Translations under genes and position numbers: made by a program | The notes under the pieces: generated by a model | The model's database searches: none | Told to the model about the DNA's origin: nothing | The model's input: the letters and a program-made list of their open reading frames with translations, nothing else | Shown: piece after piece, positions 9,320 to 19,164 of the stretch | How the letters are laid out: every line of letters starts with the position of its first letter | How positions within the stretch are numbered: position 1 is the first letter of the stretch | Assembly: GCA_001275005.1 (NCBI GenBank) | Contig: JWZX01003330.1 | Location: 1-34,702 of the forward strand | Length of the DNA stretch: 34,702 bases | Direction: 5' to 3' | Origin: Chrysochromulina tobinii | Lineage: Eukaryota

Positions 9320-9580
9320 TTTCAGCAGAGCCTCGTGTCGGCCTCGGCGAGCGCCCGCGCGAAAACGCTCGATGAACCTTCGATCCAGAACGAAGATATC
9401 TGCGCGCGCGCGCGCGCCGCCTCGTGTGCAATCGGTTTGCACGTCATGAACATCCCAAACATGTCAAGTTTGGCGGAAGGTGACACGAAAAAATGGTTTC
9501 ATTTCACCGACAAACGCGGTCGCTTTTGATGAGTTTCGCGGGCGCTCGAGGTAGCGCGAGGTTCCACAACGTGAACGCAC

Positions 9581-10399
9581 ATGCGAGCCAACGTGATCAT
9601 GGTGCGCGATGAGGCCATCGGCGAGATTGTCGCGCGGAGTGGCGGGTACGAGAAGATCGAAAAGTACGGGCAGTGGATGCGCATCGCAAATTCGTTGGGC
9701 TTGCGCAAGGACCAGGCGCAGGCGGTGAAGGCGCGGTACGAGGACATGCTGCGCGCCTCGGCGGAGGCAGACGAGCGCGAGGATGAGGAGGACGAGGAGT
9801 TCGAGGTCGAGGACATCCTCGACTCACGCACGGATGACAAGGGTAACATTGAGTACCTGGTCAAGTGGAAGGACGCGGCCGGCGACGACGATGGCGAGGA
9901 GGCCGATGAGCTCAATATGACGTGGGAGCCGCGTGCTCACCTCGCTTGCCCTGAACTGCTGCAGCAATTCGAGGAAAAGCAGCGGCGCATGCAGTTCGGC
10001 AGCTCAGTCGCCGCCAGCGGCGATGGCGACGACGACGGCGAGGAGGGGGCAACCGCAGCTCCGGGTCCGGGCGCGTCGAGCGCTGATGGTGCGGCTGCCA
10101 TCGAGGACGAGGACGGCGCCGGCGCGGCGGCCAGCAAGCGCAAACATGACGAGCGTGACGGTCCGGTCGGGGAGCTGGCGAGCCCGCCTACGGGTGCCGA
10201 AGGGCCGCCAGCGTCGAGCGCGAGCGACACGTGGCAGCGCATCGTGCGGCTGCGGAGGCCCGAGGGATCAGGGGCTTCACTGGTCTTCGAGGTGCTCACC
10301 GCCGATGGAGGGCACGTGCTGCTCCCGAACGAGAAGTTGCGGAACGAGGCCCCGCTCCTCCTCGTCGACTTTTACGAGCAGCGGCTCCAATTCGAGTAG
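9581..10399 (+). CDS. HP1/CBX-like chromodomain + chromoshadow protein with an N-terminal ARID-like region
   Basis: Chromodomain EEFEVEDILDSR..IEYLVKWK..TWEPRAHLACPELLQQFE. Chromoshadow-like C-terminus ..PLLLVDFYEQRLQF. N-terminal VARSGGYEKI...QWMRIANSLGL...VKARYEDML matches the ARID core pattern. Confidence 0.85.
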   Translation: MRANVIMVRDEAIGEIVARSGGYEKIEKYGQWMRIANSLGLRKDQAQAVKARYEDMLRASAEADEREDEEDEEFEVEDILDSRTDDKGNIEYLVKWKDAAGDDDGEEADELNMTWEPRAHLACPELLQQFEEKQRRMQFGSSVAASGDGDDDGEEGATAAPGPGASSADGAAAIEDEDGAGAAASKRKHDERDGPVGELASPPTGAEGPPASSASDTWQRIVRLRRPEGSGASLVFEVLTADGGHVLLPNEKLRNEAPLLLVDFYEQRLQFE

Positions 10400-10777
10400 A
10401 ATGGCACTGGGCGCATACAGCATACCTACGTCATCGACTGCAAGATAGTGCGAGGTGCATTACAAACTGGCGAGGACGTCCTCGAAACCGTCCGCGGCGC
10501 GACGGCCACCCTGTCCGCGAGTCTAGTCGCAAATCTCTCCGCCGTGCGTGTTCTAGCATGTCAAGTTTTTCTCGAACAACTGCCGAAGCCCCAAGGAGTC
10601 TTGACAAATAGCCCAGAGAGGGTCGGCGCCCGGCCCCGTGCGGCCCGCGCCCCCGCGCCGCCCGCGCCGGGCGCGCCGGGCCCACGGGTGTCGCACATTC
10701 ATCAATTAGGAAAAACGCAACCCACGACGGACCCTTGCTTTGGAAAGTGCTGGATGTCCCCCGTGGTCCAACTCACA

Positions 10778-11734
10778 TCAAGGAGGCTTTGGGTCCTGGC
10801 AATGCGGCTCCGTAACGTTGCAGTCGCATGGGTTCAACCCTAAATAGGAACAGTGATCGCACGTGTGCTCGAGCGTCTGCACCAGCGACCACTGATACGA
10901 GCACCTCACATCGAGCTCGTCGTCGCAGATCACGTAGTGGCCAAGCGCCGTCCGGTTGTAGTATACCTCGGGCTGCGGGTGGGCCCAATCCTCCCCCAGC
11001 GAAGGACGTGACATATTGCGCAGTGGCACGTGAGGCACTGCGTCACGGTAGTCGACGACGCGGTAATACACCGCGCCTGCATCGGTGAGCTGCTGTGTGA
11101 ACGCGGCCGCAAACGCTTCGTTCCCAACTCGCGGCTGGCCATACGTGTAGACACGGTGGATCTTCCAATCACCGTTATCGTTCAGAAGATCATAAGCAGC
11201 CAGTGCAGCCATCGCCGCCCCGAGCGAGTGGCCCGTGATCGCGAGCTGCGTGCCGCTGCTCGTCCTGCATTGGAGCGTATTGAGGTGAGCGCGCACCTGT
11301 TCTGCCACCGAATACCAGGCGCCCAGAAATCCGCTGTGAACCAAACACTGATTTCCAGTGTGCCAATCGGAGCAGTTTCCACCTTTCTGACCATCGGGAA
11401 ACGGCACGGGTAAGAAATATGCATCTTCGAGGTCGTTGAGCGTGTTCTTACTGCCGCGGAACACCACCACGCACTCGCTTGAATTGCGTCTCATGACATA
11501 TGCCATCGTCTTGAATGTCTTGTTCTCAGCGATAAGGGGCGGGCTCATGGGCACTGTGACTTTGGACCAGGTGAGCGCCGATGGCCAGCCCGCATGATCA
11601 GAGCAATCACAGGCTTGGTTGAGCCAAATATCATCGATGGCAATCTTCTCATCATACGCCGCAACTTGGACGCGAAGCGCAGCGCCACAGAGGCCGCACG
11701 AGACGAGCACGAGTGCAAGTGCACGCTCCACCAT
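10778..11734 (-). CDS. Secreted class 3 lipase (alpha/beta hydrolase)
   Basis: VVVFRGS, VHSGF, ITGHSLGAAMA nucleophile elbow, YTYGQPRVGN, RVV..D.VPH.P and terminal DH motifs. Signal peptide after the ATG at 11734. Confidence 0.93.
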   Translation of the reverse strand: MVERALALVLVSCGLCGAALRVQVAAYDEKIAIDDIWLNQACDCSDHAGWPSALTWSKVTVPMSPPLIAENKTFKTMAYVMRRNSSECVVVFRGSKNTLNDLEDAYFLPVPFPDGQKGGNCSDWHTGNQCLVHSGFLGAWYSVAEQVRAHLNTLQCRTSSGTQLAITGHSLGAAMAALAAYDLLNDNGDWKIHRVYTYGQPRVGNEAFAAAFTQQLTDAGAVYYRVVDYRDAVPHVPLRNMSRPSLGEDWAHPQPEVYYNRTALGHYVICDDELDVRCSYQWSLVQTLEHTCDHCSYLGLNPCDCNVTEPHCQDPKPP

Positions 11735-11909
11735 TTTTCGGGGGCCGTCGGCACATTTTAACACCGAACGGCTCTGAGGCCTATCCCCCCATACACTCTT
11801 CTACATTGACACACGCGTAGCCGATCGTATTAATATGGATAGGGAACTCTCGTTGATCAGCCAATCGGACTGCCGAGCAGACATCTCCACCTGGAAGTCA
11901 CTTTTAATA

Positions 11910-12563
11910 ATGAGCGTCGTCGCCGTCGCCGCCATGCTCTCGCTCGCGTTCGCACCGGGTCAGGTGGGTCGTGTGGCCACTGTGCCGCTACGCACCCGTC
12001 CCGCCCTGTGCGCGACGGAGGCGCCGGAGGCGCCGGAGGCGCCGGAGGCGCCCATGGTTGAGCGTCCGAAGATCGAGACGACATGCGGGTTCGACTATGT
12101 GCCACTACTCACGGCACTGCAGGCAGGCGAGTTCCGCGAGGCGGATCAGCTGACGCGCGACGCGCTCATCACGCTCGCGGGTGATAAGGCTGTCGATCGC
12201 GGCTACGTCTACTTCACCGAGGTGCCAAACCTTCCCGTTGAGGACATGGCGACCATCGAGCGCCTCTGGCAGGCCTACAGCGGTGGCAAGTTTGGCTATG
12301 CGGTGCAGGCGCAGGCGTATATGTCGAAGAAGGTTAACCGAAACTTCGAGACCTTCTTCGAGCGGATAGGCTGGAAGAAAGCCGACGGCACGCTCGTGCG
12401 CTGGCTGCCCGAGGCGAAAAACGACGAATTCATCTATGACGTGGACAAGGCACCCAAAGGCCACCTGCCTCTCACGTCGACGCTCCGCGGGCAGCAGCTA
12501 CTAAAGGGGCTCCTCACCCACAAGGCCTGGCAGCGCGCCGAGTTCAAGGACGTCACCTTCTGA
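11910..12563 (+). CDS. GUN4: GUN4 porphyrin-binding Mg-chelatase activator, plastid-targeted
   Basis: DY.PL...L....F..AD..T, RGYVYFTEV, TIERLW..YSGGKFGY.VQ, IGWK and APKGHLP motifs. Bipartite leader with SLA-FAP. The ATG at 11910 is preferred over 11835. Confidence 0.92.
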   Translation: MSVVAVAAMLSLAFAPGQVGRVATVPLRTRPALCATEAPEAPEAPEAPMVERPKIETTCGFDYVPLLTALQAGEFREADQLTRDALITLAGDKAVDRGYVYFTEVPNLPVEDMATIERLWQAYSGGKFGYAVQAQAYMSKKVNRNFETFFERIGWKKADGTLVRWLPEAKNDEFIYDVDKAPKGHLPLTSTLRGQQLLKGLLTHKAWQRAEFKDVTF

Positions 12564-13427
12564 GCCGCCGATGGGAGTTCAGCTCGAATCGAATCGCGAG
12601 AGAGATCACCCGGCACAGTCACCCCGGTCGAGCTTGAATTAGAACTGTACCGCCCAACGGCCGATTCGGTTTTGTCGGGCCCACTTCGTGTGGGCGTGAA
12701 ATAGGTTGTACCGCGCGCAAGCTAGAGTGTAACGATGCGCGAAGGTGACGCTCTGCCGCACACGTCGCACGTTCGAAAAGAATCGGCGGCGGTCGGCGGG
12801 CGCGGCCGCGGTGGCCGTGCGGTGGGGCGGCCGTCCGGTGCGCGGTCGCCCCGCGGTGCGAATCCGATCCCGTCGGCGAATGGCAGGAGAACACGTCTCG
12901 CGTCGCCGCTACTCCACATAACTCATTACTCATAAGCCTTAAGCGTCAAAAGCACGCGACGCGCGGCGGTCTCGCCGCGCCGCTCTCGCCCCGCCCCCGG
13001 ACAGGTCTGTCGTAGGTACACGCCGACCGTGGTCCGACAGGCCGATTCGCGCGCTTCACCCAGCGTCGGCGCCGCGCGCGCCCCGGACCGGAGCGCCGGC
13101 TCCGGGCGGCGATCGTACGACGGGCGACGCCTCCGCCGCGCCCACTCGGACGCGCACGAAACGTACAAACGACGGAGCGGTCGCCGCCCCCGCGGCGCCG
13201 CGCGGGGCGCGTGCCCGGGGCGACCGGGTCGGGGATTACGGGAACTACGTGCGTCGTGCCCGGTTCGCCCGTGTCCGCAAAAACGGCCGCTTTAATATAT
13301 ATAAACTTACTGGGCCGCGCGCCGCCCGGAACGTCAAATATACATCGACTGGGCCGCGGGTTCGATGTCGGCTGTCGCGAGCCGCTGAGGCCCCCCCTTC
13401 ATACGGTATGCCGCGCGCGCTCCAGTA

Positions 13428-13496
13428 GGAGTAGCCTACACCCAGTAGCCTACATACAGTAGGACTCCTACACCCAGTACGCAGTGGCCTACATCC
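13428..13496. repeat. Short AGTAG..CCTACA tandem/inverted repeat cluster
   Basis: About four CCTACA-containing units, each partly self-complementary (GTAG..CTAC). Confidence 0.6.
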
Positions 13497-13686
13497 TGTC
13501 TGCACCGCGCGCCACCACGAGCTCGCGGCGAAAGCCAAGGGTGCCGCTGGCCCATACCCTTCTCCTTCGGCGAAGGCACGTGCGGGTGGGCTCTCTGTTG
13601 GCCCCAGACATCGGTCTCCAAAAGTCGAACGCGATGGTCACACGGTGCCGAACACGGTGCCTCATTTAGCGGACGCCGCGAGCCCT

Positions 13687-14814
13687 TCAGTCCTTCAGTA
13701 CGACGGTGGCCTGGCACAGGGTGCGACGCAGTGTCTTCGCGAGCGCCTCGGAGCCGGCGGCACACACCGACGGCGAGGTCAAGTCGAAAGGAATATCATT
13801 TTCGGCCCGGAGGAAGACGACACCACTCGCGTCGCCGATGGCCTTGGCCGCACACCAGTCCCAGGCCTTCGGCACGTCCTTCTTGTGCAGGCCCACGTAG
13901 AAGGCGCTCGCGCGACCGGCGGCCACCCACGCGAGCGCGAGCACTGTCGAGCCGACGATGCGCACCCCGAACGTGTTCGCGAGCAGAAGAGCCTCGTGGC
14001 ATGCGGCGAGCCGCCGGGCGCCCTTGGGCGAGCGCTCGTACCCGACGTCCGTGAGCACCATGGCCTTGTCCAAGGCCGTGCGCTTCGCATCGGCGCGCAT
14101 GCGCACGCCGTTGAGGTACGCGCCCTCGGCCGCCACGCCAACGAAAAGCTCGTCCCGAAAAGGGTCGTAGATGACACCGAGCGCGGGCACGCCGTTAAGG
14201 CACAGGCCGATGCTCACGACCGACAGCGGCAGCGACGTGCAAAAGTTCTGCGTGCCGTCGATCGGGTCGACGATCCACGTCGGTACGCTCGGGTCCACCA
14301 TCGGCACCTTGCCGCCGGCTGCGGCGCACGACTCCTCGCCGATCACCGCATGTGTCGGAAAGATCAGCTTGAGAGTGTCGATGACGAGCCGCTCGTTGGC
14401 GAGATCGGTGGCCGTCTGTGGGTCGATTCCGTGCTTGCCGTCCTTTAGGTTGAGCCCAGATTGGCTGTCTACTGCTGCAATTGCCTCAAGCATCGCCTCG
14501 CCGCATTGCACCGCCAGACGCACGGCGACCTCCATCTCAGTCGTGAGCGTCTTGAAACCGATTCCGCGGAGGATGCGCAGGTGGCGTGCGGCGGCACGCG
14601 AGGAGCGACGGCGGCGCGCGAGTACGAGCAAGCCCACGACCAGTGCCGCGCCAGCGGCGACTGCTACGTGGCGCGTCGTCATCCTCGGCGGAAGACCTCG
14701 GCGGAAGACCTCGGCGACTGACCACGGAGGAGGCGTTTCCGAGCACATGCGTTGCAGAGATGCGCAGCGCAGCGCACCCTCCACGAAGTGAATCCGACGG
14801 CATAGAGGATACAA
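13687..14814 (-). CDS. Inositol monophosphatase family protein with an N-terminal hydrophobic anchor
   Basis: VIGEES, TWIVDPIDGTQNF, R..GS..LAL.WVAAG and WD.CAA motifs. The start codon is uncertain (downstream Mets exist). Confidence 0.9.
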   Translation of the reverse strand: MYPLCRRIHFVEGALRCASLQRMCSETPPPWSVAEVFRRGLPPRMTTRHVAVAAGAALVVGLLVLARRRRSSRAAARHLRILRGIGFKTLTTEMEVAVRLAVQCGEAMLEAIAAVDSQSGLNLKDGKHGIDPQTATDLANERLVIDTLKLIFPTHAVIGEESCAAAGGKVPMVDPSVPTWIVDPIDGTQNFCTSLPLSVVSIGLCLNGVPALGVIYDPFRDELFVGVAAEGAYLNGVRMRADAKRTALDKAMVLTDVGYERSPKGARRLAACHEALLLANTFGVRIVGSTVLALAWVAAGRASAFYVGLHKKDVPKAWDWCAAKAIGDASGVVFLRAENDIPFDLTSPSVCAAGSEALAKTLRRTLCQATVVLKD

Positions 14815-14907
14815 GTAACTATAGTGTAACTATACGAATGAGAACTAGGAACCTACATGTTCGTCGGGGACATACACGAAGATTCATAATTGCTGCGCGG
14901 CGACGTC

Positions 14908-15657
14908 ATGTACACAATCATCTCAACACACGTCGCCGGCCGCGCCTCCCTCAGCCAGCTCTTTGCCCGCCAGCACGTTTCGCGCGCCGACGACGCCACG
15001 CTACCTGCCAAACGTACGCTCTTCGTGCTCAATGTTCCGCTGCACTGCTCCGCCGACGCGCTCGCTGCTGCGTTTGATCGTAAGGGCACGCGCCCCACCG
15101 TCCATCTCCACGATGAAGCGGTCGACCACCGTTCGGCGCACCTCGTGTTCGACGACCCAGCTGCTCTCAAACGCGCGCTGGCACCCAAGAAGCCGATCGA
15201 GCTGCCATCCGCACATGCAGAGCGAGCGGCAGCCAGCAGCGCGCCACCACCCCGTGAGACGCTGCTCAGGCGCGTGAGCGCGTTCATGGAGCATTTCGAG
15301 GCTCAGGAGCGCGAGCGCGAACGTGCTGCGGATGCGATGCACAATCAGATGGATGACGACGGCTTCGTCCTTGTGACGCGCAAGAAGACAGGCCGGAACA
15401 CGAGCACGGAAACCGCCACGGGTGCGACCGTGCAGGTGGCCGCAACGTCTGGGGGCGACGAGCCGGGCAGCGGCCCGCCTAAGAAGAAGAGGAAACAGAT
15501 GGACACGGCCGACTTTTACCACTTCCAGCAGCACGAGAAGAAGCGTGAGCAGCTGCTCAAGCTACGCGAGCAGTTTGAGCAGGATAAGGAGCGCATTGCC
15601 CGCATGCGAGCCTCCCGCAAGTTCAAGCCGCAGGGCTATGCGACCGAGTTCATCTGA
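14908..15657 (+). CDS. RRP7: Ribosomal RNA-processing protein 7
   Basis: RTLFVLNVP, DDDGFVLVTR and DFYHFQ..EKK...L..LREQFEQDKERI..MR..RKFKP motifs. First ATG at 14908. Confidence 0.9.
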   Translation: MYTIISTHVAGRASLSQLFARQHVSRADDATLPAKRTLFVLNVPLHCSADALAAAFDRKGTRPTVHLHDEAVDHRSAHLVFDDPAALKRALAPKKPIELPSAHAERAAASSAPPPRETLLRRVSAFMEHFEAQERERERAADAMHNQMDDDGFVLVTRKKTGRNTSTETATGATVQVAATSGGDEPGSGPPKKKRKQMDTADFYHFQQHEKKREQLLKLREQFEQDKERIARMRASRKFKPQGYATEFI

Positions 15658-16029
15658 CCTGTCGTGCTTCGCCGTGCTAGACGACGATCGACGAACTGCG
15701 CTTCTGCCGTCGGGCTCATCCCTCTGCGGCCAGGGATCCTCGTCGCATGAGCGGTGACAGTGGCGGTACACGCGCCGAAAATGACCCACAGAGCGATTGC
15801 AGCACGCGAATCATAAACGAGTGAATCAAGTAAAAAGTATAAGGCGCCCGACCCAACCCCCGGCCTATTTCTTCGACCTTCGCACTTCCGGCTTGGACCT
15901 CGACCCACGACCGGACTTTAAACTGATTATGATTGCGTATTTAAAGTATTCCTATAGTATAGTCCACCTTACGACGCGGTCCACCCAACCTCTTCGACCA
16001 GCATCTTCAGCCAGAGCATGCTGAACTCT

Positions 16030-16821
16030 TCAACGGCCGCATCCAATGATCGCCATCGCTGCGAGCGCGGCCGTCTCGGCGCGCAGGATGTTCGCACCGA
16101 GCGAGACTGGCCGGACGAAAGGCAGCGTCTCAAGAGTCTCAAACTCCTCGGCTGAGAAGCCACCCTCGGGGCCGATCAGGACGCCCGCGCCCGCGTCGAG
16201 GCTGCCATCCGCAAGGCGCGCGCTCAGCGTGGGCGTATCATCGAGCCGCCGCTCGTCGCACACGCACAGCGGCCGCAACGCATCCCAGCCGTCGAGCACC
16301 GCCTGCAGTGGCTGCGGCTCGCGCACGCACGGCACCGTGAGGCGGCCCGACTGCTCGCTCGCCTCGACGGCGATGGCGCCGAGACGTTCCACGTTCAGCG
16401 AGCGCACGGCGCAGTGCTGCGTAAGCACGGGCTGCAGCTCATCAGCACCGAGCTCAACCGCTTTCTCAATGAGCGTCGGCAGCCTTGCGCCCTTGAGCAC
16501 ACCAAAGAGCAGGACTGTCGAGCGCTTTACGGCTGGTTGCGGACGGAGCAGCGTGCGTATGCTCAAGTGGCACGCGCGCTTACTGAGGACATCGATCTGC
16601 GCCTCCCACTCACCGTCCACACCATTGAACACCGCTACGCTCCCACCCTCGCGCTGCCGCATGACACTGTAGAGGTGATGGCGCTGTGCGTCGCTCAGCG
16701 CAAGCTGGCCGCCTGCCACGAGGGGCTGCGAAGGGACATAGAGGCGAATGCGATTCGGCGCGGCCATGGCCACCGAGGCCGCGGCGGCAACGCAGAGAGA
16801 GCGCTGGAGCGCCGCCTTCAT
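16030..16821 (-). CDS. rsmE: 16S rRNA m3U1498 methyltransferase (SPOUT), probably organelle-targeted
   Basis: HL..VMR, FNG.DGEW, EKAVELG, EASEQSGR, IGPEGGFS and LGANILRAETAA motifs, plus an N-terminal extension. Confidence 0.93.
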   Translation of the reverse strand: MKAALQRSLCVAAAASVAMAAPNRIRLYVPSQPLVAGGQLALSDAQRHHLYSVMRQREGGSVAVFNGVDGEWEAQIDVLSKRACHLSIRTLLRPQPAVKRSTVLLFGVLKGARLPTLIEKAVELGADELQPVLTQHCAVRSLNVERLGAIAVEASEQSGRLTVPCVREPQPLQAVLDGWDALRPLCVCDERRLDDTPTLSARLADGSLDAGAGVLIGPEGGFSAEEFETLETLPFVRPVSLGANILRAETAALAAMAIIGCGR

Positions 16822-17179
16822 GGATGTTGAAGTGTGAAGTTGGTCTCATCAAAACTGGGTCTCTCGTCTGAAGATGGCAGGTACACGACTTCTCATACGA
16901 ACAGGTCGAACGCATCGCACGGTCTTTGTTACGTTGACGGACCAGACGGCACGGCAAGCGTTGGGTGTTGATATCCGATCCGTGCGTTGGGGTCGTTCGC
17001 GTTCGTTCGTCCAACTTGCCTCCAACGTTTCGTCGTCCCGACGCCACAAAGAGCCGCGAGCGTGCAGTCGAGTGACCCGTTGGCCGAGTCGTCGAGGTGG
17101 AGCAATCTATGCGATCACCCAATGCGTATTCACCCCTTGCGTACTCACCCCATGTCATGCGTGCTCGCCCCGCGCGTAT

Positions 17180-18901
17180 TCACCCCATGCAAACGAATGC
17201 TGCCGCGGCCGCGGGGAGGGTGAGAACCTCGTTATCGAGGGCGCCTTTGGCACCGGGCAGCGATGGCACCTCGCCTTCAGCGGATGCATGCGGCCTCACA
17301 CCGTTAATGGTCAGCTCAGCGGCGTCAAGCCGGCCCTCGACGCCCTGCAGCAGCCAGAGCTCTGCCTCGCGTGCGCGAGCCCACGCGGGTAGTTCGAGCT
17401 CGGTGGGGGTCTCCGCAAGATTGATGATGAGGCACGTCGTCCGCGGCCGCCGAGTGGCGGGCGGCTTTGGCATCCCTGGAAAGCGCCACCGAGGTGGCGG
17501 GAGATTCGATGCGGCGAGGTGGCAATAGACGCGAAGGGTGTCGGCAGCGCCCTCGGCGCTCGCGGCAAGGACAGTAGTCCCCATGAGCCGCTTCCAGAGC
17601 ACACTCACCCAGTACTCGGGCGTCGGCTCGAGTGTCCCCTCATGCAGTAAGCCGTAGTCCGACCCCGAGAGGGTCTGGCGGCACTGCACCTGCTGCCCGA
17701 GCGTCGAGAGAGAGCCTAGCTGGTCTAGCCACCAAAGCGCTGCGGCCCAGCGCCCACTCACGCCGGGCTGCCCGCCCGCCTGTGCACTCCCCGTCTCGCC
17801 TAACCACACCGCTGGTCGACGGCTGGGAGGCTCGACTGCGAGGGTCGTGGCTCGCACCGCACGTCCCCACACGGCGACGCGATCGAGCACCGCGGGCGAG
17901 CTGAGCGACTTGAGGTTCACGGGCGTCACCACGACGTGCACCAGCACGCACGCCGCCAAAGAGCCCAGCGCAGCTAGGCCCACCAGCCTCGAGACGAACC
18001 GCATCCACACTGAAGGGTTCCGTTGGCGTCGAGATCCGAAGCCGAGGCGCACCAGAAGGCGGGCCAGCAGGCAGATGGCCGCCGCAAACCGGTACTTGTG
18101 CAGCCCAACCGCGCGGTCGCTCTGCCCAGGGTAGTAGTGCCACGTCACGATGTCCGGCAGTGCGAGCCGCTCAGCCGCTGCGAGCGCTCGCGCCTGGAAG
18201 TCGCCTGCCGCGAGCAGCCTTGGTGGCCAACAGCTCGCTACGATGGAGGGCACCTCGCCTATCGTGGGGAAGAAGGCGGTCGCGGGCGCCGCGACGAGCG
18301 CACCCGGCAGCTCGTCGTCGCGTGCGCTCGTGAGCGCGAGAAGGTCTTGCGCGTACCGTTCAGGTGAGATCGCCAGGCCGCGCTGCAAGTACGGCCACGC
18401 GTTCGGTTCGTTGCCGAGCTCGAGCACAGTGAGCGGGATGCTGTGAGTCCTTACGTAGCGGAGCAGAGTGCGCGTCTGGTCGCTCAACCATGCACCGTGG
18501 ACCGAGCGCGCACCCCATCCCGCGTTCACCGTCAACATCAGCTCGAAGCCCACAGCGCGTGCAAAGTCTCCAACGGCATCCAGGTGCCGAGCGTGCAGGA
18601 CCGAGGTGAAGGGTGCCGGCGGCGTCGTCGGATCAGAACCGTCCAGGGCGTAAAAGGAGCGATCCGCTTCGGTCCCACCGATGCGCAAGTACGCAGGCGC
18701 AAGCGCCTGTGCGAGGCCACGGAGCCGCGGCCGCGCAAAGTCGAATGTGGGCCGGCCGATGACCTCGAGGGAGTCGCTGGCCGCACCTAGAGGGTTCCAG
18801 AAGCGCGTCGGCGTCGCGATCTGGCCGAGATCGACGCAAAAGCACATCCGATTGGCGATGGTGGCGATCTGCTGCTCTGGAACGAGCAGGCGAAGCGGCA
18901 T
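17180..18901 (-). CDS. Heparanase-like glycoside hydrolase family 79 (beta-glucuronidase)
   Basis: PAYLRIGGTEAD, ELGNEPN (acid/base), TWHYY, VWLGETG (nucleophile) and RQTL.G.DYGLL...PTPEYW motifs. First ATG at 18901. Confidence 0.9.
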   Translation of the reverse strand: MPLRLLVPEQQIATIANRMCFCVDLGQIATPTRFWNPLGAASDSLEVIGRPTFDFARPRLRGLAQALAPAYLRIGGTEADRSFYALDGSDPTTPPAPFTSVLHARHLDAVGDFARAVGFELMLTVNAGWGARSVHGAWLSDQTRTLLRYVRTHSIPLTVLELGNEPNAWPYLQRGLAISPERYAQDLLALTSARDDELPGALVAAPATAFFPTIGEVPSIVASCWPPRLLAAGDFQARALAAAERLALPDIVTWHYYPGQSDRAVGLHKYRFAAAICLLARLLVRLGFGSRRQRNPSVWMRFVSRLVGLAALGSLAACVLVHVVVTPVNLKSLSSPAVLDRVAVWGRAVRATTLAVEPPSRRPAVWLGETGSAQAGGQPGVSGRWAAALWWLDQLGSLSTLGQQVQCRQTLSGSDYGLLHEGTLEPTPEYWVSVLWKRLMGTTVLAASAEGAADTLRVYCHLAASNLPPPRWRFPGMPKPPATRRPRTTCLIINLAETPTELELPAWARAREAELWLLQGVEGRLDAAELTINGVRPHASAEGEVPSLPGAKGALDNEVLTLPAAAAAFVCMG

Positions 18902-19164
18902 TGTCGATGGGTCAAGTGGCGGGCTCTCACAGACGTTCGGTGTGCCGCCCCGCGCGCCGAGAGAGGACCTCCGAGTCGAGAAGACGATCACTCATTCCAC
19001 AGGCGAAGCATCATCGCCTTGGCTGAGAAGGGGCGGAGGCTGGGGTAGACTTGAGAGAGTTAACCGGCAGCGTAATGTTCAGAGAACGTTTGCTTGCATT
19101 CCTTGATTGTTTGAAGACTTGACGAAATCGTCCGTCAAACGGGTAGGATTCCTAGGCCCGCGAA

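Noticed and set aside
13645..14791. Long plus-strand ORFs opposite the IMPase (likewise 20638-21447, 23995-24813, 25575-26360, 33912-34622)
   Set aside because: Antisense shadows expected from high GC3 codon bias; no motifs.
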